DNA from: Negaprion brevirostris | Taxonomy: Eukaryota | Direction of reading: 5' to 3' | Assembly: GCA_030324005.1 (NCBI GenBank) | Contig: JARDVH010000031.1 | Coordinates: forward strand, 36,977,494 to 37,041,493 | DNA length: 64,000 nt | Shown here: positions 25,819 to 37,974 of the stretch, piece by piece | Layout of the letters: each line of letters opens with the position of its first letter | Position numbering within the stretch: the first letter of the stretch is position 1 | Translations under genes and position numbers: made by a program | The notes under the pieces: model-generated | What the model was told of the DNA's origin: nothing | The model's database searches: none | Seen by the model: the letters and a program-made list of their open reading frames with translations, nothing else

Positions 25819-26299
25819 ATAATGTCACAACAAATGGAGGACGGGCTAGAAAAGCCCATCAGATACGTTTAGAGAACACTATCCCACGCTGAAAAGGGCT
25901 ACTACTGGCAGCTGGAGAGAGTAGTGCTGTCGGTTGTGTTTGGTGTCAAGAAGTTTCACGAACCCCTGCACAGGCAATCTTTCACACTTGTGTTCAATCA
26001 TAAGCCACTGACAGGCTTATTCCACAAAGACATAGCTATCCACCCACAGCCCCAGCAAGAATCCAGCGGCACAGCTCAGTTTTCAGTCCAGCTTTTTAAT
26101 CACTGCAAAGAAGGTAATGAGTGTGGGCTTTACACCGTCAGCCTGGCAGGGTAGGAAGAGGACAAATAGAGTCAGCAAGGACACATTTCAACTCTTGGCC
26201 TTGGGAAGTGCAACAAACACATTGTAATTGTAATGCAGCTGCTTTGACACTATGTCAAACGCAGGCTGACGAAATGAAATATCACTGGGTTTCATTAGT

Positions 26300-26620
26300 A
26301 AATCATAGAATGGTTACGCCACAAAACAAGGCCATTCAGCCCATCATGTCCATCCATACCGCATGTCTGCAAGTGCAACGTAACTAGTCACATTCCCCCA
26401 CCTTTTCACCACAGCCCAGTGAATCTTTTTTCCCCTCAGATAATTGCCTTTTGAAAGCCATGGTTGAATCTGCCTCCATCACACTCACAGGCACTGCATT
26501 CTAGATCTCATACGCTTGCAGCAGAAAAAGGCTTTTCCTCCCATCGCTGGTTTTGACAGTCACCCTAAATTGGCATCCTCTGGTCCTCGACAGATCCCTC
26601 ACCATCTGAACACAGTCAAA
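26300..26620 (-). mobile_element. CR1 LINE 3' end, decayed
   Basis: ATCATAGAAT tail and GGCCATTCAGCCCATC stem typical of the other CR1 ends here. Confidence 0.7.
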
Positions 26621-27609
26621 TGTTAATGTTCTCCAAGGAGAATCTATTGACTTTCCCAATATAATCCCACATTCATAAAGAATATATCTTCCCCAATGTG
26701 GACTGGTTGTTTTCTTTATATTCTTTTTTTCAAACAATATGCAGTCAGCTCATTTTTAGTTGTTGCAAACCATTTTAAATCTAGAAGCGTCCCCAATAAA
26801 ATGCAGAACAAATTTGACATGGGGATGTTTTGTAAGTCAATAAAATCTCAGTGGGTCCTAAGCCATAAAGACAAAGCTGATTGAAATGTGTTCAGTCCAT
26901 AGCAGCCCTAAGGTGGTATAACAGCTTGTAATATATTTCCAAACAACTGTTCTTTTATACCACATGTACAGGGAGTGGGGGGGGGGACACTGAATAGATC
27001 CTAATGAAAAGGGGCAGTTTCTACTGTTCCAGCATCGCCATCTGGGATCTTTCACCCACCGCATCACCATATTTTGCTCTTCAGTGTAAGTTATATGAAA
27101 GAGAGCACAGAACAATAGCAATTAAAGTCCTCTCCTGTATCGCAATTCCAAAGCAGAATAAGACATTTCTTGTATGGTAATCAGAGTATCTCCTACTGTT
27201 ATTATAAATTACAATATTGTAAATTGAATGGCAGTCTAAACATTAAAACCTCCTTGGGGGAACAAGGTGATCATAACTATTGAAAATTCAGCAAATACAG
27301 TTTCAGCTTGTTACAGGAAGCATAAAGAAACACAATTGGCATAGTTTCTTTTCATCTCTTCATTAAAAAATAAACACGATATTATCTTTAACCATTTTTC
27401 TAATTTTCCTCTCTCCCCTCTTAAAGTCGCTGAGTGCATTGCCCTGGCAGTGCTTCTAACACTGTTGGGTATCTTGTTGTGAAGAGCATTATTCAACAAG
27501 GAGTCTCTGGGCAATGAATATGACCTTTTATTGAATCAGGGAGACCATCATAACTTTCAAGGCTATGGGCCAAGTACTGGTCAGTGGGATTAGGTGGGAG
27601 TTAGGTGAG

Positions 27610-27910
27610 TGACACGGTGGCACAGTGGATAGTACTGCTGCCTCACAGCGCCAAGGACCCGGGTTCAATTCCCGGCTTGGATCACTGTCTGTGCAGAGTC
27701 TGCATGTTTTCCCCATATTTGCATGTTTCCATCAGGTGCTCTGCTTTCCTCCCACAGTCTAAATGAAAGACATGCTGATTAGGCACATTGGGCATGCTAA
27801 ATTCTCAGTGTACCCGAACAGGTGTCTAAGGGATTTTCACAATAACTTCATTGCAGTGTTAATGTAAGCTCACTTGTGACATTAATAAATAAACTTAAAA
27901 CTTAAAACTT
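27610..27910 (+). mobile_element. HE1-type SINE, alternative-tail subfamily
   Basis: HE1 head; tail GGATTTTCACAATAACTTCATTGCAGTGTTAATGTAAGC...AATAAATAAAC; sits with a MITE inside a CR1 3' end (about 27440-28105). Confidence 0.85.
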
Positions 27911-27912
27911 CA

Positions 27913-28038
27913 GGGGTGGGATTTTCTGGCCACACTCACCCTGACTGGAAAATCCCACCCGTGGTCAACGAACCTTTGCATGGTCCGCCCCCACCCGCTA
28001 TGATTGCCGAGGTGGACAGGATGGGGAAATTCTGTCCC
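27913..28038. mobile_element. About 125-bp MITE (Harbinger-type)
   Basis: Homologous to 25692-25818; termini GGGGTGGGATTTTC / GGAAATTCTGTCCC. Confidence 0.7.
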
Positions 28039-28754
28039 ATGTGTATTTTGCATGTCGGTGCCGGCTTGATGGGCTGAAGGGCATTTTCTGTGCTGTGTGA
28101 TTCTACCAGAGCTGAACCTGATCCAGTTTGCACTCAAGGGTGCAGAGGAAAGGTTCCAGCAGGAAGACCTTGTGCTTATTCAAGCTCTTTCACAATCTCA
28201 GAAACTATTATGAAGTGTTCTGCAGCCAGCTAATTCCCTTGTAGAATTGTAGCATTGGATTTTATTGCTGCAAATTGGTTGGGCCACTGCCCCTTCTCCG
28301 CACCGATCTTAAATAAGGTGTGATGACATCAGGTCAGAAAAATGAGGCCACCATCCCCATGTCTGCAAATTGGAAGCCTGCCCACCATTTTGAAATGACC
28401 AATTAACAAGTTACCGAGCTTGTCAAAGACCCCATTTCTGCAATTTCCTGATGCCTGCTGCATTTTTTGGTTTTAGGATGGGAAATGAGTGTGATGTATT
28501 TTACAGTCACAATGACGACAAGATGGCAGAAAAGGCCAACCATCAGGATCATGGCTGAGTGTAACAGCAAATGCTGCTGTTCGGGAAGGTGGCAGCGACT
28601 GTGTGATGCAGAGTTCAATTGTTAGCTTTTTCAGCATTCCATTAAAGAGAGATTAAGAGAGTGAGGGGCCTTTAAGCGTGTATTCATAGCAACCTTCCTG
28701 TTCAAAGCCTATTCTCTTCCCTGCCACATTGCCATCTGATCTGGAGATTCCATA

Positions 28755-29240
28755 TGATGTGGCATTGAACTGGGGTGGGCACAGTAAGAAGTCTCACAAC
28801 ACCAGGTTAAAGTCCAAAATGTTTATTTGGAATCATGAGCTTCTGAAGCTCAGCTCCTTCATCAGGGGAGTGGAGAGGTAGGTTTCACTAACACGGCATA
28901 TGTAGGCAAAGACACAATTGCAAGATAATGGTTGAAATGCACGTCTTTAAGGTAATCAAATCTTTACAGGTACAAACAGTGTGAGTGGAGAGAGGGATAA
29001 TCACAGGTTAAAGAGTGTGTATTGTTTCAAATCAGGACAGTTAGTAGGATTTTGCAAGCCCAGACAAATGGTGGGGGATTACATGTAGTCTGAGATGAAC
29101 CCAAGATCCTGGCTGAGGCCATCCTCATGCGTGCCGAACTTGGCTATCAGTTTCTGATCAGTGATTCTGTGTTATGATGTGTCTTGAAGGCCACCTTTGA
29201 GAACATGCCCTTGACTGCTGAAGTGTTCCCTGACTGGAAN
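28755..29240 (-). mobile_element. Probable Penelope-like element terminal fragment
   Basis: Block TGGGGTGGGCACAGTAAGAAGTCTCACAACACCAGGTTAAAGTCCAA recurs at 46410-46545; family assignment is from recall of shark repeats. Confidence 0.5.
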
Positions 29241-29260
29241 NNNNNNNNNNNNNNNNNNNN

Positions 29261-29850
29261 CTTGATTATGCTGGCTGCTTTTCCAAGACAGTGGGAAGTG
29301 TAGACAGAGTCAATGGATGGGAGGCTGGTTTGCGTGACAGACTGGGCTGTGTTCATGACCTTTTGTACCTTTCTGCGGTCTTGGACAGAGCAGGAGCCAT
29401 ACCAACCTATGGTGCATCTGTAATCATTGGTGAGAGTCATAGCGGACATGCCAAATTTCGTTAGTCTCCTGAGAAAGTAGATGTCATCTACAAAGTTGAA
29501 AATCGAATTGGAGGGGAATTTGACCAGACAGTCATAGATGTATAGTGAGTATAGGAGGGGGCTGAGAACGCAGCCTTGTGGGGCACCGGTGTCGATGATG
29601 ACCAAAGAGAAGGTGTTGCTGCCTATCCTTACTGATTGTGGTCTGTGAGTTAGGAAGGTCAGAATCTAGTCACAGAAGGAGGAGCAAAGACCCAGGCCAT
29701 GGAGTTTGGAATGTATCTCATAGGAATAATGAACTGTAGTCTATGAATAGAGTCTGACATAGTTATCTAGGGGTCTTAGTTATCTAGGCATTCCAGGTTT
29801 GAGTGTAGGGCCAGGGAGATGGCTTCTGCTGTGGACCTGTTGTGGTGATA
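29261..29850 (-). mobile_element. Rex1/Babar-like LINE RT fragment, internally deleted
   Basis: TGAPQGCVLSPLLYSLY, FNFVDD, YFLRRLTKFGMS; same family as 14960-15680. Confidence 0.85.
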
Positions 29851-30329
29851 GGCCACTCAAGCTGCCACTTAAACTCAGAAACGTAACATTTTTCATGAAG
29901 CAATGCAGTTGGGCAGCATTTTAAAATATTATTCCTTTCATTAAAAGCTATTCTTTGAGTTATTTAAGACTGGTAACTTATGATTTTAATGACGCAGCTG
30001 AAAAGAAGTTCATCACGAACAATCCACATTTTAGTAATAGTGCCCAGCAGTAACAGTGAGGAACTGGATTTAAGTTACTAAAAATGCCTTTCAGAAAGAC
30101 AATGCTGAACCATCAGTACATGCTGCTCTATGTCTCAGTAAATTCAATATTATTAAATATTGAGAAAGTTACTGAAAAAGCGTTGAATTTAAAAAATCAC
30201 CTCAAAGACCTCTAAACTAAAAATTAATGGAAACTTGAATTGATGATTACTTTGATTGTGATTGTGACTGGTTTGGGACAGAGTCAGCATCCAGCCACAA
30301 AACCAATGGATCTCTACCCTAACCAATGA

Positions 30330-30782
30330 GTCACTCCACCCCTATCCCCCATTTCCCTTCTCTGCAAACCCTATCCCCCGTTCCCCATCCTTTAATTCCC
30401 ATTCCCCAATCCTCCTGTGCCTCCATTCCCACAATGCCATCCCCATTCCCCAATTCCCCATTCTGCAACCCCCATCCCCCACTCCCCATTTCCCTATCAC
30501 TCATTCCCCAATCCTCCCATTCCCTATTCCCTGCATCTCCCAATCCACCCATTCCCTCCATCCCCCAATCCCTCAATTTCCGTTTCCTCATCCCCATCCC
30601 CCTATCCCCCGATCCCCCCAGCCCCAATCCCCNNNNNNNNNNNNNNNNNNNNNNNNNNNNNNNNNNNNNNNNNNNNNNNNNNNNNNNNNNNNNNNNNNNN
30701 CAATCCCACCATTCCCCTTTCCCCTATTCCCCAATTCTCCAACTCTACCACCACAACCCCTATCCCCCATCCCTCATCCCTT
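30330..30782. repeat. C-rich low-complexity repeat (CCCCATT/CCCAAT-like)
   Basis: Visible degenerate short-unit repeat with an N gap. Confidence 0.9.
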
Positions 30783-31837
30783 CTTTATCTTGATAATTTT
30801 ATGGAAGAAAGAAAGTAATTTCACACAAATGATCGAATGCAATGGATAACATTTTGTGATTATGCGACAGGCCATGGCCACATTCCAGCATGAGTTTGCC
30901 AGTTTAGACATGTGAGCAAGGCCTGTCCACATCTGTTCCTTTGTTCATTCAATTAGTTTTTGATTCCGCATTGAGGTAATTGGCACCAATTTACAGATTT
31001 GCACCTCATCAACACGAGTAAAATTCAGAATCCGGCATTCTCACTCTCAAAATAATGAAGCTAGATTCTCCACACCAAAGGCATTTTCAAATAAAGGAAA
31101 ACCACGCCTGGCAAAGCAAGTGTCATTTTCAAATAACCCAGCACAAGTTTCACAAATTGTGACACTCGTGTAACATGGACTTTACATGATGAGGCTGCTA
31201 TTACAAAGGTCTGTCACTGTGGAATTTATAGCCTAATTACCTGGGTTATTTGAATGAAAGGATTAGAAATAAATTGCTATTCAAAAGGATAATTGATTTG
31301 ACATAATACTCAATCCAGTTGAACAGCATTTTCTGTAACAAGCTTTCATATTACGTTGATTAGGCCGTAATAGTAGCATTTCCTAACGGAATTACAAGAT
31401 AAATAGCCATGAAAAACAGCCTAGCTGGTCACATTCCTCTGCTGTTGTTCAATGTAGATGCGATGCACTCATACAGTCACTGCCATTAAAGACACATCAA
31501 ACGATAATTGTGTTTGCTTTCAACAGTGCAATTTACAAACATTTAAAATGGCAGCCATTATTTTTAAAATGCTAGAAATGACTAAATGGCACTAAAAGTA
31601 AAATCAAGCATTTTACTTTGCATTAGCCATCTATTTACCACGTCACAAACCATAGTTCAGATCTCAGCAACATTGGACTCAACTGATTTTACCGAACCAG
31701 GACCAGAAACTGGATTAGAAAGACGTAGAATTGCAGCATTCCATTGAAAGGGATGAAAAATAACTTGTACTAACTCCTGCTTCACCACAGCAACAGCCTT
31801 CATTGATAGAGTGCCTCAATATGATGAAAATACTCAC

Positions 31838-31913
31838 CAGGTGCTTTTCCAAAAAAATTTAACAATGTTTTCCTGTTGGATAAAACTGCCATGCTGGCAT
31901 TTACACATGCCAA
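31838..31913 (-). CDS. Candidate coding exon 7 of unidentified gene
   Basis: ttcttccctctcttgctgagaag|TT (tandem NAGNAG acceptor)...CTG|gtgagt; phase 1 to 2; (V)GMCKCQHGSFIQQENIVKFFWKST. Confidence 0.45.
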
Positions 31914-32014
31914 CTTCTCAGCAAGAGAGGGAAGAATACTCAATAGATATTGAAGTGTAGAAAGGCATAAGCAAGCACCATTATTTGCAAAAAAAATTTT
32001 CAATAAACAACACT

Positions 32015-32460
32015 ATAGAATATGATTGGCAGAAGGAGGCCATTTGGCCCATCAAGTCCACACCGACTCCTCCTCTTACCCAGAGCCTCTCCCCATAACC
32101 CCACATATTTACCCCGCTAATCCCCCTAATTTACACATCTTGGGACACTAAGGGTCAATTTAGCATGGCCGATCCATCTAATCTGCAGATCTTTGGACTG
32201 TGGGAAGAAACTGGAGTGCCCGGAAAAAACTCACACAGACATGGGGAGAATGTGCAAATCCCACACAGGCAGTCACCCAAAGTCGGAATCGAACTGGGAC
32301 CCTGATGCTGTGAGGCATGGTAGCACAGTGGTTAGCACTGCTGCTTCACAGCTCCAGGGTCCTGGGTTCAATTCCCGGCTCAGTTCGCTGTCTGTGTGGA
32401 GTTTGCACAGTCTCCTCATGTCTGCGTGGGTTTCCTCCGGGTACTCCGGTTTCCTCTCAC
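32015..32460. mobile_element. Head-to-head pair of HE1 SINEs
   Basis: Minus copy about 32015-32317 directly followed by a plus copy from about 32314 into the gap. Confidence 0.85.
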
Positions 32461-33149
32461 NNNNNNNNNNNNNNNNNNNNNNNNNNNNNNNNNNNNNNNN
32501 NNNNNNNNNNNNNNNNNNNNNNNNNNNNNNNNNNNNNNNNNNNNNNNNNNNNNNNNNNNNCATCTTCAGGTGCAACTTGTTCTTGTTCAGATCAAACTGG
32601 AGAGCTTTTGCAGTGACAATGTGAGAGGCAGACAGGGAACTTGACTTTCCTCCAGGTGTCCCCTTCCCACAAAGATTCAAGGAGAGACTGTCAGGCACTC
32701 AAAGGGTGAGGGAGGGAGGAGCATCAGGTAGAAGACCCCTGGGGACTCCATTCAGGACTCTGCCCATTCCAATTCCCCTGAGTCTGAGACCCCAACAGCT
32801 CCAGCCTCTGGGACTGCAGAGCATGCACTTGCCCAAGAGCAAGAGACCCAAAGTCAGTCAGGGCAAAATCTCAAAACTCCAGAGGACACCTGCCAAGGCC
32901 ATCAAAGACAGCAGAGCATGGTGGTGAGCAGGCTGCCACCAACCGACTGCAGAGGTCCAGGAAGCACTGAGACACATAAGCAGGAAAAGTAAGGTGAAGA
33001 AGCATTGATTTTATTATGGTGGCATGAGTGGTCTATGGGAATGGTGATGCATACTACCCGTTCCCCATGACACAACCTTCCCCCATCATCACCATTAACC
33101 TACCCAACCCCCACTTCCATGTGTCACAGTCAATTTTGGAATCACCCCA

Positions 33150-33470
33150 AACTTATCCTCTCTGAAAAAGCATCTTAAGTCCCATGGTACTGCTTTATTC
33201 CTGTAACCTTGCACATTCCCTGTTTTCAGACAGCAATCCAAGTCCCTTTCAGGCATCTCAATTGAACCTGCCTCCACCATCTTCTCAGCAAGTTCATTTG
33301 AGACTCCAACCATCCTCTGGGTGAAAGCATTTTTCCTCTCATCAGTTTTACCCTTTTGCCAATTATTTTGAATCTGTGTCCTCTAGCACTTGATACTCTC
33401 GAGTGGGAAGAGTTTGTCACTATTTACCCTGCCCATGCCCCTCCAGATCTTGAATACTTCTATTAAGTCT
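33150..33470 (-). mobile_element. CR1 LINE 3' end, decayed
   Basis: RGHRFKIIGKR; EKMVEAGSIE. Confidence 0.75.
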
Positions 33471-33595
33471 TTGGGTTGTAAAGAAGGGAGGGTCCCTGCA
33501 ATTGAATTTATGTTCATTCTGGCAAGCAAAATAAATCATATTACAAGCTCAACTCATTATCTTAAATTGGATGTTAGTGTTTCTACTGGTGCACT

Positions 33596-33870
33596 CATAG
33601 AATCCCTACACTGCAGAAAGAGGCCATTTGGCCCATCAAGCCTGCACCGACCACAATCCCACAGGTCCTATCCTTGTAGCCCCATTTACCCTGCTAGTCC
33701 CCCTGATACTACAGCCTAACCCACACATCTTTGGACTGTGGGAGGAAACTCACGCAGACACAAGGAGAATGTGCAAACTCCACACAGACAGTGATCCGAG
33801 CCAGGAATTGATCCTGGGTCCCTGGCACCGTGAGGCAACAGTGCTAACCACTGTGCCACTATGCCGCCCT
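33596..33870 (-). mobile_element. HE1-type V-SINE
   Basis: HE1 head and tail with small deletions. Confidence 0.9.
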
Positions 33871-34159
33871 AAATGGTGGCATGATTGTTCACTAAGTACT
33901 GGCCAATCACAAAATCAAAACTAAAATTAGACATTTTGTTTTGGATTTAGAAGGCACAGGCTGGTTAACTACAGTCTGTGCTCTGGCTGTTGTGAACAAG
34001 CAAAGGAATATGCTGTTTTTGATCAGCCCATCACTGGGACATAGGGTCTAGGTACTGGCATTGCACTGGCACTAAAATGCAAACATGACATTAGCAACAA
34101 TAGTAAATGCTAACTAAACCTGTATCCTCACAGTTTATAAGTTACAGGAACTAAACATT

Positions 34160-34462
34160 ACGGTGGCACCAGTGGTTAGCATGGCTGCCTCACAGTGCCA
34201 AGGATCCAAGTTTGATTCCTGGCTTGGGCCACTGTGTGTGTGGAATTTGCACATTCTCCCCGTGTCTTCATGGGTTTCCTCCGGGTTCTCCAGTTTCTCC
34301 CACAGTCCAATGATGTGTGATTGGCCATGCTAAATTGACCCTTAGTGTCAAAGGTAAAAATGTGGGGTTACAGGGATAGGTCCTGGGCGGGATTATTATT
34401 GGTATAAACTCGATGGGCTGAACGGCCTCCTTCTGCATTGTAGGAATTCTATGATCCTATTC
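34160..34462 (+). mobile_element. HE1-type V-SINE
   Basis: Full copy. Confidence 0.9.
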
Positions 34463-36270
34463 TAACTTCTTTCCAGTCCCAACAGATGTGCAGTCATCAC
34501 TTTGTAGATTCTTTCAAATGTATTTACTTTGTTTAATACTTACATTGCACATTTAGAAATTATCCTCCCCACAAAAAAAAACATTTTGCTTGCTCCATAA
34601 TAGATTATCAGTAGTTGCAGGCTGCGATAAATAAAACATATGTTTCACAATGATTGCTGAGCCAAATAGTCTAATATCACAAATTTTAATTTTACTATGA
34701 TGAGATTTTAAAAAGCTCATCACTGTTTGTACAGTTTTAAAGGATCTTTATTACATGTGTATCATGATTGGTAGATTTTTAAAAAGGTCTGGAAATCTGA
34801 AAGAAACTACAAAATATTGAGAATGTGTGGTCAGATTATCAGCAGCTAAAAAGTCCCCAGAACAAAAAAAAACAATAAAAATGGGGAAATAAGAACACTG
34901 GTCCAAACTGGTCTTGTATACCTTAGTGGAACACCAGTAAAAATAGGGAAATAAGATTACTGCTCTGAACTGTTATTTCCTGAAAAAAAATGTAGATCCT
35001 TCATCAGGACGAGTACCTGAAAGACAGAAGAATTCTTCTTCAAGCTGAATAGAAAGTGAAAGGAAGCAGGGAAAGAGAATAGACTGAAAGTAGCCTAGCA
35101 CTCTCAGAGAAAGGGGCAGCTACTGGTGGCAGATTGATGGACTATAATTGTTAATAGACTAACAATAATTTTGTAAAATGTTGAGAACTGTTAAAAACCT
35201 ATACAATTACCTTTTACATAGGCAGTGAAAAGCTTTCAAAAAAATAAGGAGGGAACATTTGAGATGTAAAAGACTTATTCCCCTCTTATTTACTCAGCAT
35301 TAAAGGGCTCATTATGTTCTGTCAAAGGGTTTATACCCACAAGGTTAATCTGCCTATTCTCTTTACAGGAAATTGGCTATTAATTGTTCATTAACACTAA
35401 CAAAATGTCAACCTCAGGTACAACACACATTTCTAAACCATCCATTTCTTTAATGTCACATATCAGGGTGAAAAATTAGAATTTCTCTCTTTAGAGGAGG
35501 AGGAATATCTAACCTAATGATTCAATTGTAAACTTAATAAGGTTCCATTTGACTAGTTCCATAATGGGGTTTAGAAGGTGAACCTTACTGCATGAGGGAC
35601 TTGCTATTCATGCATTTGAGTGTAAGGTTTTTCATTTTGCTATAATGCCTCGCAATAAATACATATTCACATACAGTTTGCCACATGGGGTTACGCGGAG
35701 CTGCAACATACACACTGGTAAGTCTTAGCAGATACCAGTTGACTGAATTTATTAAATGTTGACCTTGTTCAGGTTAGACCTTTTCTCAATTTTACTTGCC
35801 CTTATAGAAATTGATAGCCCATGATTTCTTTCTTGCTTATACATGGTTTTTTTTAGTATATTCACAGATAGATTTTAAACCTTCTTGAATTTTGTCCAGT
35901 CAGCAGATCCTGGTACGCTCATTTCAATAAATGCTGTTTAGAGAAGAAAAATCATTTCTATGTCATAAAACAACATGAATGGCAGATTCATAAAATGGCA
36001 GCAGAAAAGTTTGGGTATTTAGAATGCTATGACAATATTCCAGGAACAACATTAACCTGTATGTTAAGAAAGTGAAAAGTTGTCAAAGTGCAGTGCACTT
36101 TCCCCACTGATAACACACCAGGTTCAGACAGAAGTGCAATTAAGATGCATTGTGAGTTAACATTGTCATATGAACTTACATATTAGCATGTTACATTACT
36201 AAACAAATTTCCTTATCACTCAATAGCAGGTACCAACCACAGAAGAAATAATTCTAATTTGTTCTGTTAC

Positions 36271-36322
36271 CTTGTTCCATGCTGTTGCTCATTAATGCAA
36301 GACAATCCTCAACTACAACAAC
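36271..36322 (-). CDS. Candidate coding exon 6 of unidentified gene
   Basis: tttcttttgagccag|GTT...CAAG|gtaaca; only phase 0 is open; VVVVEDCLALMSNSMEQ; ends in phase 1. Confidence 0.45.
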
Positions 36323-36574
36323 CTGGCTCAAAAGAAATCTACCATTAATATCATTCAATTTCCCAGAACTGCAATCTGAACATTCTACATTCAGATCACT
36401 CAAGTTAATTCCCCAATAAAAAGCAGGCTGGGATTTTCCCAAAAAGAATTGAAGGGCCAAATTCGCAGAAAAGCTGGAGTAACTCGCATTGTTATTACGG
36501 AATTTTCAGAATGGATCTCCCACACTCTGTGCACCATTTTTCTCTCATAGGGTCATTAGTCTTTTAATTTTGTC

Positions 36575-37660
36575 CCAGATTATTTTTTCCAAAAGCTTTC
36601 CCACCACCGAGATGAAATTGACTGGCCTGTAGTTGCTGGTAAAGTGGTCCTTTTGGACCGTGNNNNNNNNNNNNNNNNNNNNNNNNNNNNNNNNNNNNNN
36701 NNNNNNNNNNNNNNNNNNNNNNNNNNNNNNNNNNNNNNNNNNNNNNNNNNNNNNNNNNNNNNAGAAGCCACCTTGCCCACTTTGAAATTAAACAGTGAGT
36801 GAATATTTAAACCTTTGGTGCCGGACTCTCCCACACTGTATGCTGGTCACACGTTATTTAATCGGCAGCTCCGTAAACCTGACTTGGCTCTGCACCAATT
36901 CCTTAAGTGGCCTCGCCTCTGACTAAAAAAACCACTCAGCCTCCCTGTAGCTGCAGGATTCAGGGAGTGATTATCTTCACATCGGGAACATTCTAACTTT
37001 GCCTCTTCTCAAACTCTGTTTGCTCCTCTTATCAGTTTTTTCACTTCCCCCATGAACCTTCTATACTCAGCTGCTTATCATTCGTTTTATCAAACCGACA
37101 TCTGCTGTACACATCCTTTTCCTGCTTTAACTTACACTGGATTGCTTTTATCATCTAGAAAGCTTGGACTTTGTTTATCCTACATTTCCTACTAGCGGGA
37201 ATATACCTCAACTACACCTGATCAAATTCCTTTTTAAAGGCAGCTCCATTTAAAGCTGCCAATCTTTGATTCCAATTTAGTTGGGCCACTTCCTTACAAC
37301 TCACTAAAATTGGCCGTGCTTCAAGTTATTATTTCTCTCTGGATTGTTCTTTGTCCTTCATAATAGTTAAACTAAATCTTATGATATCATGATCGCTGTC
37401 CCTTAAACGTTACCCTACTGACACCTAATCATTTGATCCACCTTATTTCCCTGAACCAGGTCCAACAATGTCTCTTTCCACATTGGATAGGAGACGCACT
37501 GATCAGGAAAATCCTCCTGTACACACTTCTAAAACTCTTCCCCTCTCTGTCCTTTGCTTTATTACAATTGAAGCCTCCACATATAAAAACTCTATACTTT
37601 TTGCATCTCTCTGTAATTTTCTTGAAAATGTGTTCCTCTAGTTGAGGTCTTGGCACTGAT
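36575..37660 (-). mobile_element. CR1 LINE ORF2 fragment (endonuclease to RT linker)
   Basis: ITERCKKYRVFICGGFN (degenerate GDFN) and a YRPVNFISVVGKLLEK-like segment. Confidence 0.8.
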
Positions 37661-37974
37661 CTCCGTGAAGAATTGCAGCTCATCAGCCCAAAAATGTCCA
37701 TTTATCCCATCTCTATGGTGCCAGTTAGCTGAAAATTTCCTCTATCCATGTTATAAAAACAGAAAACACTGGGGAAACACAGCAAGTCTGGCAGCATCTG
37801 TAAAGAGAGAAACAGAGTTAATATTTCAAGACTGGATGCAATTGTTTAATTGTGGCTCCCAGATGGAAAAAAACAGTAAAGTGAGGTAATAAGAATACTG
37901 GTCCAAACTGTTTATTTCCTTTGGGCTTTCAAAAAAGAGTTAAATTATTATCTAAAAAGAAAATTGCTTTGTTG

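Larger units (their letters stand above)
23525..26070 (+). mobile_element. Decayed Gypsy/Ty3 LTR retrotransposon
   Basis: LTR-like block with AATAAA ending ...ATCACA, then PBS-like TGGCGATGAAG (about 23778); protease VNGKQLQIEMVTDAS; RT WATLIIPVLKQD..CGDYK, PFGIS, TYLDNILIAG; RNase H LVLTCDASPY, GVKKFH. Confidence 0.85.

Noticed and set aside
30326-30818. Pro-rich and Gly-rich ORFs
   Set aside because: Translations of low-complexity C-rich DNA.
32561-33010. GC-richer block with ORF 32706-32927
   Set aside because: Probably a transposon fragment (perhaps a Harbinger accessory ORF), but I see no diagnostic motif.
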